DNA of 64,000 bases from Stramenopiles sp. TOSAG23-2. Lineage: Eukaryota. A model generated the notes under the pieces. It was not told the origin of the DNA, searched no databases, and saw nothing but the letters and a program-made list of their open reading frames with translations. The DNA is taken from assembly GCA_900128395.1 (NCBI GenBank), contig LT649237.1, positions 1 to 64,000 on the forward strand, in the 5' to 3' direction. Positions 10,438 to 21,896 of this stretch are shown here, piece by piece. A program made the position numbers and the translations under genes. Within the stretch, counting starts at the first letter, position 1, and each line of letters begins with the position of its first letter.

Positions 10438-13059
10438 TTACTCATCACCATCTGTTTTGGCGCTTTTTTTGCAACAAGGCAAACATGCGCAACAACCAAT
10501 TCCGTCTTTCTCTTCATGTTCATCGTCCTCTTTTGTTTTTTTGACTTCTAATTCAAATCCCATTTTTTGAGCAAATGCTTCACCGCCGCCATCTTCAACA
10601 TCGAAACAATAACAAAGCATGATACTATCGGTTGCAACATCGTATACACTGAAGAAAATTTCCGCAACAATATACGACATACAAAATACAACAAAGGTAA
10701 TTACGAATTGACCCATGCTACTGATGTAATTTTCAGATTGTATATTTCGAAATTCAGCATTTAATTCAATCGCGTAATATGCTGCCATAGTTGACAACAT
10801 CATAATTGATATTTTACCGAAAAGCATTACAACTGCTGAACTGACACCAGTTGCACCGAAACGAGTGAAATTGTTCCACAACATGACGAAAGATTTGTAT
10901 GATGACCAACAAAAACTAGTGCCTTTGATTGTCGAATAAATGTAAGCATTTTTACTTAAGTACTTCACACATTTCTCAAAACAGTGTACGATACACATGA
11001 CACATGCTAGTGCATATTTTAATACTTTATTATTTGGATTAGCTTGTTGAATCTCGTTTGCCATATAAGCAAGCCACCATTTAATCAATTTCACAATGGT
11101 AATGACAAGTGAGCCAAATGCCGCAGTACCTAGATGAAGATGAAAAGTATGGCAAAATGCACCACAAACGCCTTTGCTTTTCTTGCACTTATAGCAACAA
11201 GGTCGTTTTTCACCTTCTGCCAATTGTGGTTCTGGTTCTTCTGGTGCATTGTCATCGGTGAAATACCATTCAGCAACGTCACCACCAATAGTAAAGATAC
11301 CAACAGCTTGCACAAATTCACAAAGCCATACCCACATGAAAAGATCAAACAAACCTAAATATTTAACTACTTCATTTGTCTCCATCATCATTATAGAAGT
11401 TGCAGTAGTTGTATTAGCTGATAGGGTACCATTTACTCCTTTAATTCCTGCTGCGATCATTTCTCCAGAGGACATCAATAAGACCCCAATGATACAAAAC
11501 GTTGCTGAGAAAACACCAATCCAGAAAAAAGAAAATAGTGGCCACATTAATATGCTACTATTCTTAGTAACAGCTTTTGCCGAAATTCGTATCACTCTAA
11601 TTGCATCTACAATCGCGGATCTCAAAAAGAGAATAACGCAGAAAAATACGACTGCGAATAAAGTAAAAATCCACCCAGCAATTTGGTAATATTGTGATTG
11701 TGCTGCATCGACTGGTGCAAAGGTACTGCTTGCTTGAGCTGTTACTTGTCCTGGTAGTGAAATCACGCCAGCTTTTTGCAAGAATACTAGCGATCCTGCG
11801 ATGAAACATACTTCAAGAAGAATGATGCAGGACCATACAATACATCCCGCCAACTTTCCAATAATTATTAAAAAGATGAAACCGATAATCATAGGTAGAA
11901 TCAAACCACAAATAAACACTTGCAACCATGCCTTTTGAACGGAAGTCACATAATTTGAAAAAGAAGATGCAGCTTTAGTAAGTTTTTCTAACATTTGCAT
12001 TTGTGGAATATCTTCAGATATAGTCTCTTTGCGATTTTGAATTTTTGAACATGCTTTCTCTTGCTCTTCCCTGAAAACGTAGTTGCCTTCATAATCTTCT
12101 ACTGGTTCGATCGCCGGTTTAAAACCTGGTGCTGGATGCACTGAGCCTGGTACTGTCTCGATGCACTTCCAATCAAATTCGCTGGAAGTGTTACAATTAA
12201 TTGTTGTTATTGGATCTACACATCTTGCTTCTGCGTGTTTTTTGTCCACAGCAAAATCTGGAACACAACGTCCTAGAACTGATTTCGTATCAACAATAAT
12301 TCTGTCACAGCTAAAAAATACTTTCTTACAAAAGTCACTTTTACTACCAGCGAAGCCATTAGGCACTATGCCAGGATCCACCATTGCACATTTAACGTCT
12401 AGCATTGTATCTAATCCTGCCGCTAGGTTTAATTGAACACTCGCGCGATTTATATCAGAAGTTGCTTGAAGTACCGTCTTCACTTTTGCTTCTGGATCTG
12501 CAGTAGTAGTGTCCACTAAAGGGTTTCGGTCCCATGCCAAATTTGTTGTGGCGGCGAACATGTCGGCCAAAAATTCATAGTCACAAAAAACTTCACCAAC
12601 TTTAGGACATTTTTCTGCACACATTGTGGTAATCATTGGCATTGAGAGCGAACTACTATCAAGTGTGCGGTATGCTGAAGTGATAAAATCATCAATTAAT
12701 CTAGGCATAACACCTACTTTAGCTATATCATTATTGATAGCATGAGCGGAAGTGCCAGCAGCTGTGTTCTCTGCCGTTAATGCGCCACCACATATGTTTC
12801 CTTTGTAGTCTGTTGCACGATATAAAACTTCAGGCTTTCCCATACTAGCAGATACTCCAAGAATGATTAGCCATAAAACGAAGCAAAAGATCAGTATAAT
12901 TAAACACAAAACGTCACTGCAACTTCTTTGATCATATGGTTTAAAACTCTTAAAATATCCAGTACTAGACTTTCTATCTTTACTTTCTTCTCCCTCGTCA
13001 GAGTCTGATGCTTTAGCTAAAGGTAAAGGATTCTTGGATGGCATTTCAGTTTCAGCCAT
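10438..13059 (-). CDS. Choline transporter-like (CTL/SLC44 family) protein, about 873 aa
   Basis: RSCSDVLCL, DYKGNICG, a Cys-rich extracellular loop, about 10 TM helices, HLGTAAFGSLVITIV, CFEKCVKYLSKNAYI, GTSFCWS and DSIMLCYCFD. The first ATG after the AT-rich leader is at 13059. Confidence 0.93.
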   Translation of the reverse strand: MAETEMPSKNPLPLAKASDSDEGEESKDRKSSTGYFKSFKPYDQRSCSDVLCLIILIFCFVLWLIILGVSASMGKPEVLYRATDYKGNICGGALTAENTAAGTSAHAINNDIAKVGVMPRLIDDFITSAYRTLDSSSLSMPMITTMCAEKCPKVGEVFCDYEFLADMFAATTNLAWDRNPLVDTTTADPEAKVKTVLQATSDINRASVQLNLAAGLDTMLDVKCAMVDPGIVPNGFAGSKSDFCKKVFFSCDRIIVDTKSVLGRCVPDFAVDKKHAEARCVDPITTINCNTSSEFDWKCIETVPGSVHPAPGFKPAIEPVEDYEGNYVFREEQEKACSKIQNRKETISEDIPQMQMLEKLTKAASSFSNYVTSVQKAWLQVFICGLILPMIIGFIFLIIIGKLAGCIVWSCIILLEVCFIAGSLVFLQKAGVISLPGQVTAQASSTFAPVDAAQSQYYQIAGWIFTLFAVVFFCVILFLRSAIVDAIRVIRISAKAVTKNSSILMWPLFSFFWIGVFSATFCIIGVLLMSSGEMIAAGIKGVNGTLSANTTTATSIMMMETNEVVKYLGLFDLFMWVWLCEFVQAVGIFTIGGDVAEWYFTDDNAPEEPEPQLAEGEKRPCCYKCKKSKGVCGAFCHTFHLHLGTAAFGSLVITIVKLIKWWLAYMANEIQQANPNNKVLKYALACVMCIVHCFEKCVKYLSKNAYIYSTIKGTSFCWSSYKSFVMLWNNFTRFGATGVSSAVVMLFGKISIMMLSTMAAYYAIELNAEFRNIQSENYISSMGQFVITFVVFCMSYIVAEIFFSVYDVATDSIMLCYCFDVEDGGGEAFAQKMGFELEVKKTKEDDEHEEKDGIGCCACLPCCKKSAKTDGDE

Positions 13060-14149
13060 ATTTTGTATAATTGGCTTCTTGTAAAGAATGAATTTAATAT
13101 AGAGTAATCTAATATGTGTGTAATTTGAATATTTATATAATACTGAATGGAAATGTCCCTTATGCAACTTATGTTGTATACTTGTAATTATATATTTAGA
13201 GTATAGTATATATTAATATCTTCGTTTATTATTACATCAACTTAAACTACTCTTCTTTAGTGGTGCTTTACCATTATATTTGCACTGTATTTTTTTTTAA
13301 AATTAACCACGAGCTATAATATATTATGCTATCCAGGCTATCAGCATGTAATATTATCTCCAGCAGCATATATTTTAGTCCATTTAGTGATCCATATAAT
13401 ACCTGCTATTATTACTACTCCTTTTGTTTTTTTAAATTATTTAAATAATCTTGTGTGGTGTTATGCTTCTACCAGCTTACTGGCTTACCACCGGTATACC
13501 AGCTTACCAGGCTTGGTGTTGTATGTTGTTTGATGAAATTTTGGGAAAAATACAAAAAAACTGTGCCTACCTACCTACCACCTAATCCAGTAATGATGTA
13601 TTAGTATTACTTATAACTTGCCACAGGCTTTCCAGAATCCTGGCAGAGTAATTATTTCAGATTTAGATTACATATTATTATACTGGATATTGGATGCATT
13701 CTGGCATTCCAGGTAGCTAGAGCTATATATATTATACTCTGGCAAGCTGGATTGCCAGATTGACGGATTGCCAGATTGCTGGATTGCCACAGGATTAGGA
13801 TTGCTGGATTGCATGCTACAATATTTACAATTGTATTGTTGCCTGCTGGCCAGCTGGCCTGCCTATGGGCCTGTGAATTATTGGATACTACTATTATTAA
13901 AACTACTACTACCTGGTATAATAATAATATTATTAATTAATAATAATGAAAAAACAAAGATATTAATATATATATACATGATACATGATACAACATAAAT
14001 AAAAAAATTTTAAAATAGAAAAACAATACACCGATTAGCCAAACACACAAAGATCGATATATATTCTGGTAGATCCTATGTTACTCAACAGTTGCTTATA
14101 TTAGAAGATACATATATAAAGAAAATACGTTTAAGAAAAAACATACAAC

Positions 14150-15427
14150 ATGAGTACGAAACAACTTGTTAAAGCTGCTGTTTCGGTAAACATGCCAAAA
14201 GCTGCTAGAAAAAAAAAACCTGAGAAACCAGCAAAAAGTATTTTGTTTGAATTTAAAAATCCATTGAACGCAGCAGGTCCACCTATTCAAAGAGGATATC
14301 CTCATTGGACAGAAGTACTTTTCTTACTAATATTGATTACATCTATCTCTATGGTATTTGTCTCCAAGGACAATGTGGAAAGTAAGGGAGAACTTGACAA
14401 TTCATTGTTAGCTTCTGTCGGTATCTGGATGGCAACAGCTGTATCTTTTATTACTATGTATTACAACTTTGGACTGTTTGACAGAAAACGTAATGCCGCT
14501 TCTGCGGAATACCTTGAAGGTCATGTTCAAGAAATGATTAAATATAACGAAGATTTATTTTCATTGACAAATAACATGGATGAAATTAATGAAAAGAATA
14601 AGAAAACGCAAGCTAAAGCTGAAATGGTAAGAACCCAACTAAGTCACGTTGCAGAATATTTAGGAGGGGCGAAAAAAATCGTAAGCATGTTAAACTCTGG
14701 ATTAGATCAGTTCTTAAAAGAAAACATGAAACAATTAGAAAAACAAGAAAAGCAAGTTCGGGAATCGCAAATCAACATGATGGACCGTGGTTTAGATCGT
14801 ATATCTGAACTGTTAATATTTTCATTTTGTGGAATCGATAAAGATAAAAATGCAGTTTTAGAAGGTGCAGAGCTTGGTACATTTTTTAAGAAATTACAGA
14901 AATATCAATTGTGTCAAACAAAGGAAGCTTTTTTTGATCATTTCCCAATAGGTTTAGACGTTGATTTGGACGACGGGACGTTGTTAGATAAAGTATGCGC
15001 TGCTGGTGCCAAAAAAGGAGGTTTTAATAAAGATAAATTTCTCTCTGATGTTAAGGGAATATTAGCGGACGAAGATGATGATTCTGATTTAACATTTATG
15101 AAAGATGAGCATAAGCAAAAATATTTGAGTCTTTTAAAAGATCACGGGATCGTCTCGTCAGACAATGAATACTTTGATAAATTACATGGAATTGATCGTT
15201 ACTTAATCTTAGAAGGGATGAATGAGAGAACTACTGAGCTAAAAGAATTAGCCCGTACCGTACTTGTTGAGTATGATCAAGTGATGAAAGAATTAAATGA
15301 TAAAGAAGCGGAATTGAAAAAATCACATCCATCAGAAGGTACATTGACAAAAATTGAATTAGATGCTGATGTGCTAAATGCTGCAAAAGAATCTTCTGCA
15401 CCAGCGTCAAAAGGAAAAAAGAAGTAG
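14150..15427 (+). CDS. Uncharacterised two-TM, coiled-coil, EF-hand-like protein (paralog 1)
   Basis: Two hydrophobic helices, a coiled coil and the loop DKDKNAVLEGAEL. Clearly homologous to the next gene. Confidence 0.8.
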   Translation: MSTKQLVKAAVSVNMPKAARKKKPEKPAKSILFEFKNPLNAAGPPIQRGYPHWTEVLFLLILITSISMVFVSKDNVESKGELDNSLLASVGIWMATAVSFITMYYNFGLFDRKRNAASAEYLEGHVQEMIKYNEDLFSLTNNMDEINEKNKKTQAKAEMVRTQLSHVAEYLGGAKKIVSMLNSGLDQFLKENMKQLEKQEKQVRESQINMMDRGLDRISELLIFSFCGIDKDKNAVLEGAELGTFFKKLQKYQLCQTKEAFFDHFPIGLDVDLDDGTLLDKVCAAGAKKGGFNKDKFLSDVKGILADEDDDSDLTFMKDEHKQKYLSLLKDHGIVSSDNEYFDKLHGIDRYLILEGMNERTTELKELARTVLVEYDQVMKELNDKEAELKKSHPSEGTLTKIELDADVLNAAKESSAPASKGKKK

Positions 15428-16063
15428 AAAGATATATGAGTCGTATGTGTGTGTGTGTATATATATAATTTAATAAATAATAATAAAGAAAATCGAGATA
15501 AGAGAAGTAGGAAAAGAAGAGAGTGAAAGTTTTAATAATATATAATATATAATTGTACTTAAAAGGTGTATACTGCAATTACAATAATAAAATTTGTACA
15601 AATTCATTAATATTCTTTAATTAAATATACACTCTGTATCAAAAATCCAGTCTTCTAGCTTCAATAATTGTGTCGCATTCATCCAAAAGGCTGGGTGCCA
15701 GCCATGCTGTGTTCATTTATTATAGGTCTAAGTATACGTATTTAGTATAGTGTACTTTTAAAGTTCCTATAAGAAAAAAAAATTATTTTATAAAAAATTA
15801 TTATTTTGGTGCTTTGAATAATTAATAATTGTACACATTTTGGATATTATATATATTTATGTGTTGATGTATCTGGATCAACTTTCTTCCAGGTTCTTCA
15901 ATATTCGAATAATTAATAATAGTATTAGTAGTAGTATTGTTATTATTTCTTCTTTGCATTATATTGTTTTGTAGAGTCTATAGGTTGGTTCTTGTTGTTG
16001 TTTGTTTTTAACTTTTTTTATTTTTTTTTGGTTGGTCATTATATTGATAATACATTTTACAAA

Positions 16064-17338
16064 ATGAGTGATGCGATAAAAAAAGAAGCAATATCTTTGA
16101 CGGTGAAAAATAAAGCAAAACAAATTGCAAAGGTACCGGAAAAGCCTAAGAAATGGAAATTGTTTTCATTTGAAATCAATGGTGTTGTAATTGAAAGAGG
16201 GTATCCACATTGGACGGAAATTATCTTTATAATTGTCGTCGTGGGATCCATTATTGTCCTTGCTGTTATGCAGGATCCAAACAACACGGAAATGACTGCT
16301 GCGACAAAAGACTTACTTGGCACTATTGGCGGTTGGACAGCGGTTGGTATTTGCGCTATAACAATGTATTACAACTGGGGTTTGTTTGATCGTAAAAGAA
16401 ATGCACATAGCTCAGAATATTTAGCAGAATATGTTGATGAATTAATGGCACACAATGACAAGTTAAATGCAGCAGTTGATGCGCAAGAAGAGCAATTGGA
16501 AGTGGAGATGAAAAGACAAAAAGTTTCTAAAGCTACTTTAAAACAATTGACCTCAGTAGTAGATCAACTTGGTGATACTAAAAGTGCGATGCAAATGTTA
16601 AATGTTGGTTTAGATAAGTTTTTAGCGAACGCAACAAAGTCGCTAGAGAAAATGGAATTCGAAATGCGTGATTTTCAAGTTGGCATGATCGATCGTGGTA
16701 TTGATAGGTTAACGAATTTACTTATCTATTCTTTCTATGGTTTAGATAAAGATAAAAGCAGAAGTTTGGAAGGTGAAGAATTAAATCACTTTTTTTCCAA
16801 ATTGAAAGAATATCGACTTATAAATAATTTGGATGATTTTTTTGAAGTCTTTCCAATTGGTTTAGATTGTTATTGTGGTGATGCTGGCGAAGATTTAGTT
16901 GATAAGATAATGCGAAGTAAAAATGGCGCCAAAGTTGCTGATAAAGAAGGTGTGAAAGAAGCATTTAAAAATCTAAGTGATGGTGGTGAGGATGATCCTC
17001 AATTACGAACAAAGGAGAGCAAAGAGAAATTTTTTAATATTTTATTTGATAATAAAATTTCAAAAAATAAGAAAGATTACTTTGAAAACATACATACGGT
17101 AGATACCTATGTGATCAATGAAGGTATGCAATCTTTATCTGAAAAGATCAAAGATAATGGCAAAAATGTATTAAAGCAATATGATGATTTAATCATTCAA
17201 TTAGCCGCTAAAGAAGCGGAGCTGAAAGAGACTTTGCCAGATGAAAACAAAACAAAAATTGAATTTAGCAATGATATTATTGCAGCCGCTAAACGTCCAA
17301 GAGTTGCATCCGATGCTGTAGGTTCAATGAAAAAATAA
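16064..17338 (+). CDS. Uncharacterised two-TM, coiled-coil, EF-hand-like protein (paralog 2)
   Basis: Shares RGYPHWTE, YYNxGLFDRKRNA, LNxGLDxFL, DRGxDR, FPIGLD and KEAELK with paralog 1. Loop DKDKSRSLEGEEL. ATG at 16064. Confidence 0.8.
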   Translation: MSDAIKKEAISLTVKNKAKQIAKVPEKPKKWKLFSFEINGVVIERGYPHWTEIIFIIVVVGSIIVLAVMQDPNNTEMTAATKDLLGTIGGWTAVGICAITMYYNWGLFDRKRNAHSSEYLAEYVDELMAHNDKLNAAVDAQEEQLEVEMKRQKVSKATLKQLTSVVDQLGDTKSAMQMLNVGLDKFLANATKSLEKMEFEMRDFQVGMIDRGIDRLTNLLIYSFYGLDKDKSRSLEGEELNHFFSKLKEYRLINNLDDFFEVFPIGLDCYCGDAGEDLVDKIMRSKNGAKVADKEGVKEAFKNLSDGGEDDPQLRTKESKEKFFNILFDNKISKNKKDYFENIHTVDTYVINEGMQSLSEKIKDNGKNVLKQYDDLIIQLAAKEAELKETLPDENKTKIEFSNDIIAAAKRPRVASDAVGSMKK

Positions 17339-17645
17339 GTACATCTATATATGTATACTATGATGTACATGTGTGTGTGTGTGTGTGTGAAAATTTTAAC
17401 TTTCATGCTTTTTTATGCTTAGGAAAGCATGAAGATATGAAAAAGGTACTACGTAGTGATTGTGTGCGTGTGATTGGAGTGTATAACAATATGTGTATAT
17501 ATTATAAATATGATGATATTTTTTTTGACCTATGGCACTATGTGGATTATTATTATTCGTTTTACACTAATAATTAATAATATAATATATAATACATTCG
17601 TTTGTTCCATTTGGATTTTCAAGAAAAATAAAAATAGAGATATAC

Positions 17646-18146
17646 ATGACTAAACATACAAAAAAAACAAAAAAAGGTATCGCTATAACTATCATGCATA
17701 AAATAATAAAAAATAATATAAATCATTCAAAGCGATTCTTTCGTATAGCTTATAGGAGGAAAGTACCAAATCGATTTCTTGTATATAATAATAACAATAA
17801 TGATAATAAATGTTTTATAATGAAAAGTAATAATCAAAGATATTTTTCATCGAAAGATGATATTGATGAAGAAGATGATGACGATAATGATAATATGGAT
17901 ATGGAAGGTACACCTTTTCCAAAGTTAGGTTGGAGTCCAGGATCATTTGGATCTAGAGCGTTGAGAAGAAGTATAGCTAGGAAACCTGGGGAGCCGACAG
18001 GTAGAACAAAACCAAAGAAAACGGAAGAAGATTATTGGTTAGAAGCTTATGAAGCATATGGGGTTCCATCACGTGCATCTACAAGTGATGATGATAATAA
18101 TAATAATATTGTTGAGAAGAAGAAAAAGGAAGAAGAAGACGATTGA
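17646..18146 (+). CDS. Small hypothetical protein, possibly mitochondrion-targeted
   Basis: Basic N-terminus ending in QRYFSS, then a GC-richer coding-like core (PFPKLGWSPGSFG...EEDYWLEAYEAYG). Confidence 0.5.
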   Translation: MTKHTKKTKKGIAITIMHKIIKNNINHSKRFFRIAYRRKVPNRFLVYNNNNNDNKCFIMKSNNQRYFSSKDDIDEEDDDDNDNMDMEGTPFPKLGWSPGSFGSRALRRSIARKPGEPTGRTKPKKTEEDYWLEAYEAYGVPSRASTSDDDNNNNIVEKKKKEEEDD

Positions 18147-18290
18147 AAATACGAACGTAAAGTTTTAAGTTAATTATATATTGTTGTGCATATTTTTTTG
18201 TATTTTTATTAAAATAATGTTTTTTGTCGTGGTATATTTTTTTTATAATATAAATTTAATATTTTCTCATTTATAAATATATTTTTAGTT

Positions 18291-21200
18291 TTAGTTTTTA
18301 TCATCATCATCTTTACTATCATCCTCATCGGATTTGGAATCATCATTACTATCACTATTATCATCAGATTTGGAATCATCATCAGATTTGGAATCATCAT
18401 CAGATTTGGAATCATCATTACTATCACTATCTTTTTTATCGCTATCACCATCCTCCTTATCACTATCGTCATCGGATGCATCTTTTTCTTCTTTTTTACT
18501 ATCATCTACCGCATTCTCTTCTTGTTTTTGTTCTGCTTCTGCTACTGTTGCTTCTTTCTTTCCTTCTTCTTTTCCTGCTTCTTTTGCATCTTTAACAGCT
18601 TGTGCAGTAACTTCTTCTGGGCTTGCACCTTCATCGATGGCTTTAGCTTGTTCTGCTTTAGATTCATCTAAAGCTTGCTCTGCTTCTTCGGCTTTTTTAT
18701 CTTGTTCTTTTTTATTTCTTAATTCTGCTGGTGTCATATCTTTTTCTGCTTTTGCATCTTCCTCTGCTTTTTCTTTAGCCTCTTCCTTCGCTTTTTCAAC
18801 TTCTTCTTCCATATCTGCTTTAGCTTTTTCTTTATCCTCTTTTTCATTTTCTTCTGCTTGTTGATCTTGTGCAATTTCTTCCCCTGATTTAGTTTCCTTT
18901 GACATTGCTAAAATATCTGAGTTCGCATCTTTCAAAAGTTCTTTTGCTGATACACCTAACGTATCTGCTAGCATTTTAGCGACGTTGGATATTGCAGCAT
19001 TTCTACCAACACGAGCACCTTCATCCTCAGTAGCTTGTCTTGCACCTGCTGCATAACCTGCAGCTTTACCAACTGCAATAGCCCTGTCGATGATTTCTTT
19101 CCTATCGTCTTTTTTATATTCTTTCATATCCAAAATTTTAGTTACATACTTTTCAGATGCATCTAGACCGGCATCTTGGCCTGCGCGTCCAGACATCTCA
19201 TGCTTTTGATCTTCCTCTAATTGTGCTTGTGGCCTAGACAAGGTTGATTCTGCTAATGCATTTCTTGCTATTTCATTTCTTTCTGTGGTATTACCAATAC
19301 GATGTTGTGTCTCTTTCATCATAGGATCCCGTAATGCTGGTGGGATGCCAGACGTTGGTGAATTGGCAAGTACTAATGCAGCCGCTTCATCACGTGCAGC
19401 TTTGGAATTATCCAAACTACGTTGAGAATTCAATAATGCGCGTTCCATATCTTTCATACTACCAGTTTCAATATCTTCGTTTTTACGTGCCATGAAATCA
19501 GCTGCAGCGGACAATGAATCTTCATTCGCGCCTTTGGCTGCATCGGATACAGAGCGTTTCTTTTGCGCTTCTGTCATGTTGGTTCGTGATTCTGGTAATA
19601 AACGTAAAATTTCACCAGGGTCGTGCTCCTTCGTCAAAGGTTTTTCTAATATAATATTTCCTTCTGTGAGTTCTTTTATTTGTCCGGTTTCCTTATCAGT
19701 GGTATCAGCACCAACATGTACGTTCATACCAACACGGAAGCCTTTTGCTTCTGCATCATCCATTGGTATTTTATCTACACCAGGTAATAAATGTTCATCG
19801 ATTGTTACACCACGCAATGCAGCATGTGCTTTTTCTTTGTTCTTCTTCAATTTATCTTCCTCGCCATTAATAGTTGGCTCGTCTGTTTTATCCAAACGTT
19901 CACGTAACGTTTCATGTGTTGCCGCATCACCAGCTTGTGATTCATCTTTTTTTGCTTGATCAAACGCAGATTTCAAAGTGTTACTTTGATCTTGCAATGG
20001 GATACAAAGGATCGTATCTGGATCATGGTTCCAATGGCCATCCGCCATACATTGCAATACTTTAGGGCCGTCAAGTGAAAATGTATTGTGACAACGAGGT
20101 TCGATACGATGTGGGAATTCAAATTTATTACCTAACCACTCTCCATGTTCCAAATCATCTGGTTTGCCACAACTTGGTGGGACACATTGTGGTTGTTTAC
20201 CACTCCATGTACCACGACCTTTCCATCCACCAGCACCATCACCAGTCTTCCATTTATCTTGTTTACCAGTGCAAGTTCTAAATTCGCTACCTTTGATATT
20301 AAATGGTGGTTGACATAGAAAGTGCAATGTTGAATTTTCACTGTATGTTTGGCCTAAACGTACCATATGCCTTGGTGTACCTGGATCACCACACAACGCA
20401 GGTGGATGTGGGCATGGGCAAGTAGGAATGCATTGGCATTTACGTTTATTGGTTTTCTTTGGCTTGAATTTATCGCCGCAATTCTTTGGGCATGGGCATG
20501 CTGGATGTGCTAAATCATTACAACCACAACGTAATGGTTTTGGCCATAATTGTGCAGCATCGCGAGCATTGATATGGCAATGGCCTTTTCCACAAGCTAA
20601 ACAATGAGCACCAACAGTCATGGTGCGTAACTTAGTTGTCAATCCATCGACTTCACGGTTCAATTCAGCGATAATATGACGATTTTTAGTGATAGCAATT
20701 TGATTCACTAAGGCACTTAATTTCTTCATAATAGCACCTGCTTGTCCTTGTTGACTACCTGGTGTGCCATCGTCACTTACTGGCATTGGTAAATTTTTAT
20801 GTGCGAATGTATCCTCTGGTACTGGCACTTTCAATTGTTTTGCCAAGCGTTTGATTTGTCTACGCAAGCTGTATGCATGACCCTTTAAACGGCCAAATGC
20901 ACCGGCTCCAGCAGGTCGTACTTGTGGCTTTTTAGGTGGTTCTTTCACTTTTAAACCCATCATTTTCTTAACAACATTTAACTGTCCTTTCAACGCACCC
21001 AAGTCTTTCGTTAATTGCAAACGTCTTAACTCACCAAGTTGTTTCGTCAACAAGGTTACTTCTTTCTTCATTGGTTTCGTCCATTCATCGCCTGGACATG
21101 TATCTGTATGCGTGTTCAAGCATGATTTTTTCACATTGCACCAACGGAATCCAGATGTTTTCAAGACACCCATACCACAATGTGCTTTCGCTTGCGCACG

Positions 21201-21896
21201 TCCTGGTGCAAGCAATATATGGTCATAATTTGTTTTTTCAGCTTTTCTACCATCTGGAGAATCCTCATCATCCGATGCATCATCATCCATATCAATACCC
21301 ATAGCTGACATGCGCTTCTTTTGCAAGTTCAATTGTGCTTTTTGGAATGCACTGTCTTGTTTCACTTGGTTATTTGTTGCGTTCACTAATTTTTCAAGCA
21401 AGTCCGTTGGTGGACCTTTGTAAATAACTTTTGGTAAAGCTCTTGGTTCTGCTGGTGCAGCACCAGTCATACCAGTTGGTGCATTACCTTTTAATTCAGC
21501 TTTCCTTTGCTCCTCGCGAATTTTAGATACAGCTTGGCGCTTGGTCGCTAATTCGTCCAATTTGCCTTCCAGGCCACCTTGTACAGCCTTTGCTGAATCT
21601 AAATGGTCTGAAAAGTTTTTACCGTTTTGGTTTACAGCTACATCAGCTGCTTTTGCAGCACTTTCTAATGCTACGTTGACGTCGTTATGTACACCTTTAC
21701 GAGTTGATTTTAAATCAGTCACAGCAGTATTCAATTTGGCAGCGCTACCAGTTGCACTAACTTCTGCTGGTGCTGCATCGTCCTCTGCATCTTCTTGTGC
21801 ACCAGCTGCAGCTGGTTCCTCACGATGTTTTACTTCTATTGCATTTGTTAAATATAATATTGCAATGAACAATAACAATATATTAACTACTTTCAT
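18291..21896 (-). CDS. Secreted multidomain protein with coiled coils, a Cys-rich segment, two Sushi/CCP domains and an acidic repeat tail
   Basis: Signal peptide MKVVNILLLFIAILYLTNA. CCP patterns CGDPGTP..FLCQPPF.IKGS..RTC...WSGKQPQC and CGKPDDLEHG..RCHNTFSLDG..LQCMADGHW..C. C-terminal 18-bp (SKSDDD) repeats. Confidence 0.85.
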   Translation of the reverse strand: MKVVNILLLFIAILYLTNAIEVKHREEPAAAGAQEDAEDDAAPAEVSATGSAAKLNTAVTDLKSTRKGVHNDVNVALESAAKAADVAVNQNGKNFSDHLDSAKAVQGGLEGKLDELATKRQAVSKIREEQRKAELKGNAPTGMTGAAPAEPRALPKVIYKGPPTDLLEKLVNATNNQVKQDSAFQKAQLNLQKKRMSAMGIDMDDDASDDEDSPDGRKAEKTNYDHILLAPGRAQAKAHCGMGVLKTSGFRWCNVKKSCLNTHTDTCPGDEWTKPMKKEVTLLTKQLGELRRLQLTKDLGALKGQLNVVKKMMGLKVKEPPKKPQVRPAGAGAFGRLKGHAYSLRRQIKRLAKQLKVPVPEDTFAHKNLPMPVSDDGTPGSQQGQAGAIMKKLSALVNQIAITKNRHIIAELNREVDGLTTKLRTMTVGAHCLACGKGHCHINARDAAQLWPKPLRCGCNDLAHPACPCPKNCGDKFKPKKTNKRKCQCIPTCPCPHPPALCGDPGTPRHMVRLGQTYSENSTLHFLCQPPFNIKGSEFRTCTGKQDKWKTGDGAGGWKGRGTWSGKQPQCVPPSCGKPDDLEHGEWLGNKFEFPHRIEPRCHNTFSLDGPKVLQCMADGHWNHDPDTILCIPLQDQSNTLKSAFDQAKKDESQAGDAATHETLRERLDKTDEPTINGEEDKLKKNKEKAHAALRGVTIDEHLLPGVDKIPMDDAEAKGFRVGMNVHVGADTTDKETGQIKELTEGNIILEKPLTKEHDPGEILRLLPESRTNMTEAQKKRSVSDAAKGANEDSLSAAADFMARKNEDIETGSMKDMERALLNSQRSLDNSKAARDEAAALVLANSPTSGIPPALRDPMMKETQHRIGNTTERNEIARNALAESTLSRPQAQLEEDQKHEMSGRAGQDAGLDASEKYVTKILDMKEYKKDDRKEIIDRAIAVGKAAGYAAGARQATEDEGARVGRNAAISNVAKMLADTLGVSAKELLKDANSDILAMSKETKSGEEIAQDQQAEENEKEDKEKAKADMEEEVEKAKEEAKEKAEEDAKAEKDMTPAELRNKKEQDKKAEEAEQALDESKAEQAKAIDEGASPEEVTAQAVKDAKEAGKEEGKKEATVAEAEQKQEENAVDDSKKEEKDASDDDSDKEDGDSDKKDSDSNDDSKSDDDSKSDDDSKSDDNSDSNDDSKSDEDDSKDDDDKN

